In this document: in pieces, positions 26,201-38,900 of the stretch
How the letters are laid out: each line of letters opens with the position of its first letter
How positions within the stretch are numbered: the first letter of the stretch is position 1
NCBI GenBank assembly: GCA_964057225.1
Contig: OZ059899.1
Coordinates: 17,732,001 to 17,796,000 of the forward strand
Reading direction: 5' to 3'
From: Auanema rhodensis
Lineage: Eukaryota; Animalia; Nematoda
Length of the DNA: 64,000 bases
Notes under the pieces: model-generated
Database searches by the model: none
What the model saw: the letters and a program-made list of their open reading frames with translations, nothing else
What the model was told of the DNA's origin: nothing
Made by a program: the position numbers and the translations under genes

Positions 26201-27500
26201 TCGTTGAATAACATTGTCCATCGTCTTTGCCTTGAAAAAAGGAATCTAAAAACAACTACTTTCTGTGAAATTATTTCGAAATTTTTAGGGAAAATTTTTG
26301 TCAAAATGTTTTTGGAAGCAATGTTGAGTGTACATGGAAACTCAACATACACTAATGCATCATTTTTCAAACGATCATAACTAATTTTTGTATTAAGCGT
26401 TTCTCAATGTTGTATAGTGCATTCGATGCGGATTTTTAAGCTGCGTCGATCTATGTTATCAGATTTGCGCTATTTTAAAAATGCACCGAGATATCAACTG
26501 ATATAAGTTCACACTTATAATCTCGATTTTCACCCTGAAGAATTAATTTTTTTGTTGAATAACATTGTCCATCGTCTTCACCTTGAAAAAAGGAATCTAA
26601 AAACATCTACTTTTTGTAAAATTATTTTGAAATTTTTAGGGAAAATTTTTGTCAAAATGTTTTTGGAAGCAATGTTGAGTGTACATGGAAACTCAACATA
26701 CACTAATGCATCATTTTTCAAACGATCATAACTAATTTTTGTATCAAGCGTTTCTCAATGTAGTATAGTGCATTCGATGCGGATTTTTAAGCTGCGTCGA
26801 TCTGTGTTATCAGATTTGCGCTAGCTTAAAAAAGCACCGAGATATCAACTGATATAAGTTCACACTTATATCCTCGATTTTCACCCTGAAGAATTAATTT
26901 TTTTGTTGAATAACATTGTCCATCGTCTTCGCCTTGAAAAAAGGAATCTAAAAACATCTACTTTTCGTGAAATTATTTCGAAATTTTCAGGTAAAATTTT
27001 TGTCAAAATGTTTTTGAAAGCAATGTTGAGTGTACATGGAAACTCAACATACACTAATGCATCATTTTTCAAACGATCATGACTAATTTTTGTATTGAGG
27101 GTTTCTCAATGTAGTATAGTGCATTCGATGCGGATTTTTAAGCTGCGTCGATCTGTGTTATCAGATTTGCGCTAGCTTAAAAATGCACCGAGATATCAAC
27201 TGATATAAGTTCACACTTATATCCTCGATTTTCACCCTGAAAAATTGATTTTTTCGTCGAATAACATTGTCCATCGTCTTTGCCTTGAAAAAAGGAATCT
27301 AAAAACAACTACTTTTTGTGAAATTATTTCGAAATTTTTAGGGAAAATTTTTGTCAAAATGTTTTTGGAAGCAATGTTGAGTGTACATGGAAACTCAACA
27401 TACACTAATGCATCATTTTTCAAACGATCATAACTAATTTTTGTATTAAGCGTTTCTCAATGTTGTATAGTGCATTCGATGCGGATTTTTAAGCTGCGTC
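23300..27500 (-). repeat. 6-mer higher-order duplication (2106 bp x2) in A2; ends approximate
   Basis: Matching variant monomers occur at 23371/25477, 23722/25828, 24073/26179, 24775/26881 and 25126/27232. Confidence 0.9.
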
Positions 27501-28599
27501 GATCTGTGTTATCAGATTTGCGCTAGCTTAAAAAAGCACCGAGATATCAACTGATATAAGTTCACACTTATATCCTCGATTTTCACCCTGAAAAATTGAT
27601 TTTTTCGTTGAATAACATTGTCCATCGTCTTCGCCTTGAAAAAAGGAATCTAAAAACAACTACTTTTTGTGAAATTATTTCGAAATTTTTAGGTAAAATT
27701 TTTGTCAAAATGTTTTTGAAAGCAATGTTGAGTGTACATGGAAACTCAACATACACTAATGCATCATTTTTCAAACGATCATGACTAATTTTTGTATTGA
27801 GCGTTTCTCAATGTAGTATAATGCACTCGATGCGGATTTTTAAGCTGCGTCGATCTGTGTTATCAGATTTGCGCTATCTTTAAAATGCACCGATATATCA
27901 ACTGATATAAGTTCACACTTATATCCTCGATTTTCACCCTGAAAATTTGATTTTTTCGTTGAATAACATTGTCCATCGTCTTCGCCTTGAAAAAAGGAAT
28001 CTAAAAACATCTACTTTTTGTGAAATTATTTTGAAATTTTTAGGGAAAATTTTGGTCAAAATGTTTTTGGAAGCAATGTTGAGTGTACATGGAAACTCAA
28101 CATACACTAATGCATCATTTTTCAAACGATCATAACTAATTTTTGTATTAAGCGTTTCTCAATGTTGTATAGTGCATTCGATGCGGATTTTTAAGCTGCG
28201 TCGATCTGTGTTATCAGATTTGCGCTAGCTTAAAAATGCACCGAGATATCAACTGATATAAGTTCACACTTATATCCTCGATTTTCACCCTGAAAAATTG
28301 ATTTTTTCGTTGAATAACATTGTCCATCGTCTTTGCCTTGAAAAAAGGAATCTAAAAACAACTACTTTCTGTGAAATTATTTCGAAATTTTTAGGGAAAA
28401 TTTTTGTCAAAATGTTTTTGGAAGCAATGTTGAGTGTACATGGAAACTCAACATACACTAATGCATCATTTTTCAAACGATCATAACTAATTTTTGTATT
28501 GAGCGTTTCTCAATGTTGTATAGTGCATTCGATGCGGATTTTTAAGCTGCGTCGATCTATGTTATCAGATTTGCGCTATCTTAAAAATGCACCGAGATA

Positions 28600-31250
28600 T
28601 CAACTGATATAAGTTCACACTTATAATCTCGATTTTCACCCTGAAGAATTAATTTTTTTGTTGAATAACATTGTCCATCGTCTTCACCTTGAAAAAAGGA
28701 ATCTAAAAACATCTACTTTTTGTAAAATTATTTTGAAATTTTTAGGGAAAATTTTTGTCAAAATGTTTTTGGAAGCAATGTTGAGTGTACATGGAAACTC
28801 AACATACACTAATGCATCATTTTTCAAACGATCATAACTAATTTTTGTATCAAGCGTTTCTCAATGTAGTATAGTGCATTCGATGCGGATTTTTAAGCTG
28901 CGTCGATCTGTGTTATCAGATTTGCGCTAGCTTAAAAATGCACCGAGATATCAACTGATATAAGTTCACACTTATATCCTCGATTTTCACCCTGAAAAAT
29001 TGATTTTTTCGTTGAATAACATTGTCCATCGTCTTTGCCTTGAAAAAAGGAATCTAAAAACAACTACTTTTTGTGAAATTATTTCGAAATTTTTAGGGAA
29101 AATTTTTGTCAAAATGTTTTTGGAAGCAATGTTGAGTGTACATGGAAACTCAACATACACTAATGCATCATTTTTCAAACGATCATAACTAATTTTTGTA
29201 TTAAGCGTTTATCAATGTTGTATAGTGCATTCGATGCGGATTTTTAAGCTGCGTCGATCTGTGTTATCAGATTTGCGCTAGCTTAAAAATGCACCGAGAT
29301 ATCAACTGAAATAAGTTAACACATATATCCTCGATTTTCACCCTGAAGAATTAATTTTTTTGTTGAATAACATTGTCCATCGTCTTCACCTTGAAAAAAG
29401 GAATCTAAAAACATCTACTTTTTGTAAAATTATTTTGAAATTTTTAGGGAAAATTTTTGTCAAAATGTTTTTGGAAGCAATGTTGAGTGTACATGGAAAC
29501 TCAACATACACTAATGCATCATTTTTCAAACGATCATAACTAATTTTTGTATTAAGAGTTTCTCAATGTAGTATAGTGCATTCGATGCGGATTTTTAAGC
29601 TGCGTCGATCTGTGTTATCAGATTTGCGCTAGCTTAAAAATGCACCGAGATATCAACTGTTATAAGTTCACACTTATATCCTCGATTTTCACCCTGAAGA
29701 ATTAATTTTTTTGTTGAATAACATTGTCCATCGTCTTAGCCTTGAAAAAAGGAATCTAAAAACATCTACTTTTTGTGAAATTATTTTGAAATTTTTCGGG
29801 AAAATTTTTGTCAAAATGTTTTTGGAAGCAATGTTGAGTGTACATGGAAACTCAACATACACTAATACATCATTTTTCAAACGATCATAACTAATTTTTG
29901 TATTAAGCGTTTCTCAATGTAGTATAGTGCATTCGATGCGGATTTTTAAGCTGCGTCGATCTGTGTTATCAGATTTGCGCTATCTTAAAAATGCACCGAG
30001 ATATCAACTGATATAAGTTCACACTTATAATCTCGATTTTCACCCTGAAGAATTAATTTTTTTGTTGAATAACATTGTCCATCGTCTTCACCTTGAAAAA
30101 AGGAATCTAAAAACATCTACTTTTTGTAAAATTATTTTGAAATTTTTAGGGAAAATTTTTGTCAAAATGTTTTTGGAAGCAATGTTGAGTGTACATGGAA
30201 ACTCAACATACACTAATGCATCATTTTTCAAACGATCATAACTAATTTTTGTATCAAGCGTTTCTCAATGTAGTATAGTGCATTCGATGCGGATTTTTAA
30301 GCTGCGTCGATCTGTGTTATCAGATTTGCGCTAGCTTAAAAATGCACCGAGATATCAACTGATATAAGTTCACACTTATATCCTCGATTTTCACCCTGAA
30401 AAATTGATTTTTTCGTTGAATAACATTGTCCATCGTCTTTGCCTTGAAAAAAGGAATCTAAAAACAACTACTTTTTGTGAAATTATTTCGAAATTTTTAG
30501 GGAAAATTTTTGTCAAAATGTTTTTGGAAGCAATGTTGAGTGTACATGGAAACTCAACATACACTAATGCATCATTTTTCAAACGATCATAACTAATTTT
30601 TGTATTAAGCGTTTATCAATGTTGTATAGTGCATTCGATGCGGATTTTTAAGCTGCGTCGATCTGTGTTATCAGATTTGCGCTAGCTTAAAAATGCACCG
30701 AGATATCAACTGAAATAAGTTAACACATATATCCTCGATTTTCACCCTGAAGAATTAATTTTTTTGTTGAATAACATTGTCCATCGTCTTCACCTTGAAA
30801 AAAGGAATCTAAAAACATCTACTTTTTGTAAAATTATTTTGAAATTTTTAGGGAAAATTTTTGTCAAAATGTTTTTGGAAGCAATGTTGAGTGTACATGG
30901 AAACTCAACATACACTAATGCATCATTTTTCAAACGATCATAACTAATTTTTGTATTAAGAGTTTCTCAATGTAGTATAGTGCATTCGATGCGGATTTTT
31001 AAGCTGCGTCGATCTGTGTTATCAGATTTGCGCTAGCTTAAAAATGCACCGAGATATCAACTGTTATAAGTTCACACTTATATCCTCGATTTTCACCCTG
31101 AAGAATTAATTTTTTTGTTGAATAACATTGTCCATCGTCTTAGCCTTGAAAAAAGGAATCTAAAAACATCTACTATTTGTGAAATTATTTTGAAATTTTT
31201 CGGGAAAATTTTTGTCAAAATGTTTTTGGAAGCAATGTTGAGTGTACATG
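28600..31250 (-). repeat. 4-mer higher-order duplication (1404 bp x2) in A2; ends approximate
   Basis: Monomers at 28987/30391 match. The GTCTTAGCC + CTAATACATC monomer occurs at ~29700 and ~31100. Confidence 0.8.
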
Positions 31251-34200
31251 GAAACTCAACATACACTAATACATCATTTTCTAAACGATCATAACTAATT
31301 TTTGTATTGAGGGTTTCTCAATGTAATATAGTGCATTCGATGCGGATTTTTAAGCTGCGTCGATCTGTGTTATCAGATTTGCGCTAGCTTAAAAATGCAC
31401 CGAGATATCAACTGATATAAGTTCACACTTATAATCTCGATTTTCACCCTGAAGAATTAATTTTTTCGTTGAATAACATTGTCCATCGTTTTTGCCTTGA
31501 AAAAAGAAATCTAAAAACATCTACTTTTTGTGAAATTATTTTGAAATTTTTAGGCAAAATTTTTGTCAAAATGTTTTTGAAAGCAATGTTGAGTGTACAT
31601 GGAAACTCAACATACACTAATGCATCATTTTTCAAACGATCATAACTAATTTTTGTATTAAGCGTTTCTCAATGTAGTATAGTGCATTCGATGCGGATTT
31701 TTAAGCTGCGTCGATCTGTGTTATCAGATTTGCGCTAGCTTAAAAATGCACCGAGATATCAACTGTTATAAGTTCACACTTATATCCTCGATTTTCACCC
31801 TGAAGAATTAATTTTTTTGTTGAATAACATTGTCCATCGTCTTCGCCTTGAAAAAAGAAATCTAAAAACATCTACTTTTTGTGAAATTATTTTGAAATTT
31901 TTAGGTAAAATTTTTGTCAAAATGTTTTTGAAAGCAATGTTGAGTGTACATGGAAACTCAACATACACTAATGCATCATTTTTCAAACGATCATGACTAA
32001 TTTTTGTATTGAGGGTTTCTCAATGTAGTATAGTGCATTCGATGCGAATTTTTAAGCTGCGTCGATCTGTGTTATCAGATTTGCGCTAGCTTAAAAATGC
32101 ACCGAGATATCAACTGATATAAGTTCACACTTATATCCTCGATTTTCACCCTGAAGAATTAATTTTTTTGTTGAATAACATTGTCCATCGTCTTCGCCTT
32201 GAAAAAAGGAATCTAAAAACATCTACTTTTCGTGAAATTATTTCGAAATTTTTAGGTAAAATTTTTGTCAAAATGTTTTTGAAAGCAATGTTGAGTGTAC
32301 ATGGAAACTCAACATACACTAATGCATCATTTTTCAAACGATCATGACTAATTTTTGTATTGAGGGTTTCTCAATGTAGTATAGTGCATTCGATGCGGAT
32401 TTTTAAGCTGCGTCGATCTGTGTTATCAGATTTGCGCTAGCTTAAAAATGCACCGAGATATCAACTGATATAAGTTCACACTTATATCCTCGATTTTCAC
32501 CCTGAAAAATTGATTTTTTCGTTGAATAACATTGTCCATCGTCTTTGCCTTGAAAAAAGGAATCTAAAAACAACTACTTTCTGTGAAATTATTTTGAAAT
32601 TTTTAGGTAAAATTTTTGTCAAAATGTTTTTGGAAGCAATGTTGAGTGTACATGGAAACTCAACATACACTAATGCATCATTTTTCAAACGATCATAACT
32701 AATTTTTGTATTAAGCGTTTCTCAATGTTGTATAGTGCATTCGATGCGGATTTTTAAGCTGCGTCGATCTATGTTATCAGATTTGCGCTATTTTAAAAAT
32801 GCACCGAGATATCAACTGATATAAGTTCACACTTATAATCTCGATTTTCACCCTGAAGAATTAATTTTTTTGTTGAATAACATTGTCCATCGTCTTCACC
32901 TTGAAAAAAGGAATCTAAAAACATCTACTTTTTGTAAAATTATTTTGAAATTTTTAGGGAAAATTTTTGTCAAAATGTTTTTGGAAGCAATGTTGAGTGT
33001 ACATGGAAACTCAACATACACTAATGCATCATTTTTCAAACGATCATAACTAATTTTTGTATCAAGCGTTTCTCAATGTAGTATAGTGCATTCGATGCGG
33101 ATTTTTAAGCTGCGTCGATCTGTGTTATCAGATTTGCGCTAGCTTAAAAAAGCACCGAGATATCAACTGATATAAGTTCACACTTATATCCTCGATTTTC
33201 ACCCTGAAGAATTAATTTTTTTGTTGAATAACATTGTCCATCGTCTTCGCCTTGAAAAAAGGAATCTAAAAACATCTACTTTTCGTGAAATTATTTCGAA
33301 ATTTTTAGGTAAAATTTTTGTCAAAATGTTTTTGAAAGCAATGTTGAGTGTACATGGAAACTCAACATACACTAATGCATCATTTTTCAAACGATCATGA
33401 CTAATTTTTGTATTGAGGGTTTCTCAATGTAGTATAGTGCATTCGATGCGGATTTTTAAGCTGCGTCGATCTGTGTTATCAGATTTGCGCTAGCTTAAAA
33501 ATGCACCGAGATATCAACTGATATAAGTTCACACTTATATCCTCGATTTTCACCCTGAAAAATTGATTTTTTCGTCGAATAACATTGTCCATCGTCTTTG
33601 CCTTGAAAAAAGGAATCTAAAAACAACTACTTTTTGTGAAATTATTTCGAAATTTTTAGGGAAAATTTTTGTCAAAATGTTTTTGGAAGCAATGTTGAGT
33701 GTACATGGAAACTCAACATACACTAATGCATCATTTTTCAAACGATCATAACTAATTTTTGTATTAAGCGTTTCTCAATGTTGTATAGTGCATTCGATGC
33801 GGATTTTTAAGCTGCGTCGATCTGTGTTATCAGATTTGCGCTAGCTTAAAAAAGCACCGAGATATCAACTGATATAAGTTCACACTTATATCCTCGATTT
33901 TCACCCTGAAAAATTGATTTTTTCGTTGAATAACATTGTCCATCGTCTTCGCCTTGAAAAAAGGAATCTAAAAACAACTACTTTTTGTGAAATTATTTCG
34001 AAATTTTTAGGTAAAATTTTTGTCAAAATGTTTTTGAAAGCAATGTTGAGTGTACATGGAAACTCAACATACACTAATGCATCATTTTTCAAACGATCAT
34101 GACTAATTTTTGTATTGAGCGTTTCTCAATGTAGTATAATGCACTCGATGCGGATTTTTAAGCTGCGTCGATCTGTGTTATCAGATTTGCGCTATCTTTA

Positions 34201-35906
34201 AAATGCACCGATATATCAACTGATATAAGTTCACACTTATATCCTCGATTTTCACCCTGAAAATTTGATTTTTTCGTTGAATAACATTGTCCATCGTCTT
34301 CGCCTTGAAAAAAGGAATCTAAAAACATCTACTTTTTGTGAAATTATTTTGAAATTTTTAGGGAAAATTTTGGTCAAAATGTTTTTGGAAGCAATGTTGA
34401 GTGTACATGGAAACTCAACATACACTAATGCATCATTTTTCAAACGATCATAACTAATTTTTGTATTAAGCGTTTCTCAATGTTGTATAGTGCATTCGAT
34501 GCGGATTTTTAAGCTGCGTCGATCTGTGTTATCAGATTTGCGCTAGCTTAAAAATGCACCGAGATATCAACTGATATAAGTTCACACTTATATCCTCGAT
34601 TTTCACCCTGAAAAATTGATTTTTTCGTTGAATAACATTGTCCATCGTCTTTGCCTTGAAAAAAGGAATCTAAAAACAACTACTTTCTGTGAAATTATTT
34701 CGAAATTTTTAGGGAAAATTTTTGTCAAAATGTTTTTGGAAGCAATGTTGAGTGTACATGGAAACTCAACATACACTAATGCATCATTTTTCAAACGATC
34801 ATAACTAATTTTTGTATTAAGCGTTTATCAATGTTGTATAGTGCATTCGATGCGGATTTTTAAGCTGCGTCGATCTGTGTTATCAGATTTGCGCTAGCTT
34901 AAAAATGCACCGAGATATCAACTGAAATAAGTTAACACATATATCCTCGATTTTCACCCTGAAGAATTAATTTTTTTGTTGAATAACATTGTCCATCGTC
35001 TTCACCTTGAAAAAAGGAATCTAAAAACATCTACTTTTTGTAAAATTATTTTGAAATTTTTAGGGAAAATTTTTGTCAAAATGTTTTTGGAAGCAATGTT
35101 GAGTGTACATGGAAACTCAACATACACTAATGCATCATTTTTCAAACGATCATAACTAATTTTTGTATCAAGCGTTTCTCAATGTAGTATAGTGCATTCG
35201 ATGCGGATTTTTAAGCTGCGTCGATCTGTGTTATCAGATTTGCGCTAGCTTAAAAATGCACCGAGATATCAACTGATATAAGTTCACACTTATATCCTCG
35301 ATTTTCACCCTGAAAAATTGATTTTTTCGTTGAATAACATTGTCCATCGTCTTTGCCTTGAAAAAAGGAATCTAAAAACAACTACTTTTTGTGAAATTAT
35401 TTCGAAATTTTTAGGGAAAATTTTTGTCAAAATGTTTTTGGAAGCAATGTTGAGTGTACATGGAAACTCAACATACACTAATGCATCATTTTTCAAACGA
35501 TCATAACTAATTTTTGTATTAAGCGTTTATCAATGTTGTATAGTGCATTCGATGCGGATTTTTAAGCTGCGTCGATCTGTGTTATCAGATTTGCGCTAGC
35601 TTAAAAATGCACCGAGATATCAACTGAAATAAGTTAACACATATATCCTCGATTTTCACCCTGAAGAATTAATTTTTTTGTTGAATAACATTGTCCATCG
35701 TTTTTGCCTTGAAAAAAGGAATCTAAAAACATCTACTTTTTGTAAAATTATTTTGAAATTTTTAGGGAAAATTTTTGTCAAAATGTTTTTGGAAGCAATG
35801 TTGAGTGTACATGGAAACTCAACATACACTAATGCATCATTTTTCAAACGATCATAACTAATTTTTGTATTAAGAGTTTCTCAATGTAGTATAGTGCATT
35901 CGATGC

Positions 35907-35926
35907 GGATTGTTAAGTTGAATATT
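35907..35926. other. Direct junction between satellite A (inverted) and satellite B
   Basis: GATGCGGATTGTTAAG (A, ends 35917) is immediately followed by TTGAATATTGCTTCG (B, starts 35918), with no intervening sequence. Confidence 0.95.
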
Positions 35927-38900
35927 GCTTCGTTAGTTTTATGATTTTTGCTACTACATGTCATGTGTTTACTGGTCTAGCTGGTGTTCACTTTTTATGA
36001 GATTTTTCATCATCTTACAACAAATTCAATTGAATCTAACATGAAATATTTTTTCGTTTTGAAAAGCATTGAATATAATTGTACCTTGTAATATTGGATT
36101 TGATTATTGCTTTGTTAGCTTCATGATTTTTGCTACTGTATAGCTTCAGTTTGCTGCTCTAGCTGGTTTTCAATTTTTATGAGATTTTGCATCATCTTAC
36201 AACAAATTCAATTAAATCTAACATGAAATGTTTTTTCGTTTTGAAAAGCATTGAATATCATTGTTCCTTATAATATTGGATTTGAATATTGCTTCGATAG
36301 TTTTATGATTTTTGCTACTACATGTCATGTGTTTACTGCTCTAGCTGGTTTTCAATTTTTATGGGATATTTCATCATCTTACAACAAATTCAATTGAATC
36401 TAACATGAAATATTTTTTCGTTTTGAAAAGCATTGAATATCATTGTTCCTTATAATATTGGATTTGAATATTGCTTCGATAGTTTTATGATTTTTGCTAC
36501 TACATGTCATGTGTTTACTGCTCTAGCTGGTTTTCAATTTTTATGAGATTTTTCATCATCTTACAACAAATTCAATTGAATCTAACATGAGTTATTTTTT
36601 CGTTTTGAAAAGCATTGAATATCATTGTTCCTTGTAATATTGGATTTGATTATTGCTTTGTTAGCTTTATGATTTTTGCTACTGTATAGCTTCAGTTTGC
36701 TGCTCTAGCTGGTTTTCAATTTTTATGAGATTTTGCATCATCTTACAACAAATTCAATTAAATCTAACATGAAATATTTTTTCGTTTTGAAAAGCATTGA
36801 ATATCATTGTTCCTTATAATATTGGATTTGAATATTGCTTCGTTAGTTTTATGATTTTTGCTACTACATGTCATGTGTTTACTGCTCTAGCTGGATTTCA
36901 ATTTTTATGAGATTTTTCATCATCTTACAACAAATTCAATTAAATCTAACATGAGTTATTTTTTCGTTTTGAAAAGCATTGAATATCATTGTTCCTTGTA
37001 ATATTGGATTTGATTATTGCTTTGTTAGCTTTATGATTTTTGCTACTGTGTAGCTTCAGTTTGCTGCTCTAGCTGGTTTTCAATTTTTATGAGATATTTC
37101 ATCATCTTACAACAAATTCAATTGAATCTAACATGAAATATTTTTTCGTTTTGAAAAGCATTGAATATCATTGTTCCTTGTAATATTGGATTTGATTATT
37201 GCTTTGTTAGCTTCATGATTTTTGCTACTGTATAGCTTCAGTTTGCTGCTCTAGCTGGTTTTCAATTTTTATGAGATTTTGCATCATCTTACAACAAATT
37301 CAATTAAATCTAACATGAAATGTTTTTTCGTTTTGAAAAGCATTGAATATCATTGTTCCTTATAATATTGGATTTGAATATTGCTTCGATAGTTTTATGA
37401 TTTTTGCTACTACATGTCATGTGTTTACTGCTCTAGCTCGTTTTCAATTTTTATGAGATATTTCATCATCTTACAACAAATTCAATTGAATCTAACATGA
37501 AATATTTTTTCGTTTTGAAAAGCATTGAATATCATTGTTCCTTATAATATTGGATTTGAATATTGCTTCGATAGTTTTATGATTTTTGCTACTACATGTC
37601 ATGTGTTTACTGCTCTAGCTGGTTTTCAATTTTTATGAGATTTTTCATCATCTTACAACAAATTCAATTGAATCTAACATGAGTTATTTTTTCGTTTTGA
37701 AAAGCATTGAATATCATTGTTCCTTGTAATATTGGATTTGATTATTGCTTTGTTAGCTTTATGATTTTTGCTACTGTATAGCTTCAGTTTGCTGCTCTAG
37801 CTGGTTTTCAATTTTTATGAGATTTCGCATCATCTTATAACAAATTCAATTAAATCTAACATGAAATATTTTTTCGTTTTGAAAAGCATTGAATATCATT
37901 GTTCCTTATAATATTGGATTTGAATATTGCTTCGTTAGTTTTATGATTTTTGCTACTACATGTCATGTGTTTACTGCTCTAGCTGGATTTCAATTTTTAT
38001 GAGATTTTTCATCATCTTACAACAAATTCAATTGAATCTAACATGAGTTATTTTTTCGTTTTGAAAAGCATTGAATATCATTGTTCCTTGTAATATTGGA
38101 TTTGATTATTGCTTTGTTAGCTTTATGATTTTTGCTACTGTGTAGCTTCAGTTTGCTGCTCTAGCTGGTTTTCAATTTTTATGAGATATTTCATCATCTT
38201 ACAACAAATTCAATTGAATCTAACATGAAATATTTTTTCGTTTTGAAAAGCATTGAATATCATTGTTCCTTGTAATATTGGATTTGATTATTGCTTTGTT
38301 AGCTTTATGATTTTTGCTACTGTGTAGCTTCAGTTTGCTGCTCTAGCTGGTTTTCAATTTTTATGAGATATTTCATCATCTTACAACAAATTCAATTGAA
38401 TCTAACATGAAATATTTTTTCGTTTTGAAAAGCATTGAATATCATTGTTCCTTGTAATATTGGATTTGATTATTGCTTTGTTAGCTTCATGATTTTTGCT
38501 ACTGTATAGCTTCAGTTTGCTGCTCTAGCTGGTTTTCAATTTTTATGAGATTTTTCATCATCTTACAAGAAATTCAATTGAATCTAACATGAATTTTTTT
38601 TTCGTTTTGAAAAGCATTGAATATCATTGTTCCTTGTAATATTGGATTTGAATATTGCTTCGTTAGTTTTATGATTTTTGCTACTATATGTCATTTGTTT
38701 ACTGCTCTAGCTGCTGTTCACTTTTTATGAGATTTTTCATCATCTTACAACAAATTCAATTGAATCTAACATGAAATATTTTTTCGTTTTGAAAAGCATT
38801 GAATATCATTGTTCCTTATAATATTGGATTTGAATATTGCTTCGTTAGTTTTATGATTTTTGCTACTACATGTCATGTGTTTACTGCTCTAGCTGGTTTT

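Larger units (their letters stand above)
22715..35917 (-). repeat. Satellite A, inverted block (subfamily A2), ~37.6 copies
   Basis: Reverse complement of the same 351-bp unit (minus-strand ORF ends 23211, 23562 ... 35847, in steps of 351 or multiples). Differences from A1 on the monomer strand are AAATGATGCA, mostly TTTCACAAAAAG, and no PstI site. Intra-block diversity is higher. Confidence 0.99.

Noticed and set aside
24086-35506. 62-aa antisense ORFs (MIFSLNNIVHRL...) overlapping the 63-aa ORF, resembling a toxin-antitoxin or sense/antisense pair
   Set aside because: They appear only in monomers where SNVs create a TTG start and remove a stop. They are incidental open frames in a repeat.
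220-35847. About 90 copies of a 63-aa ORF (MKKDALVYVEFPC.../MKNDALV...) as a tandem gene array
   Set aside because: It starts at TTG, has no recognisable domain, and its K/F/I/N-rich composition is dictated by A/T tracts. Many variants change amino acids, and stop or frameshift alleles (e.g. AGGTGAAG in A2; indels at 1273, 2325, 3026, 3378) are amplified like any other variant. Copy identity reflects satellite homogenisation.
22715-35917. Inversions as sequencing fold-back (chimeric read) artefacts
   Set aside because: The arms differ by fixed alleles and have different HOR structures, so neither is a copy of the adjacent arm. A mis-join of two real arrays still needs read-level exclusion.
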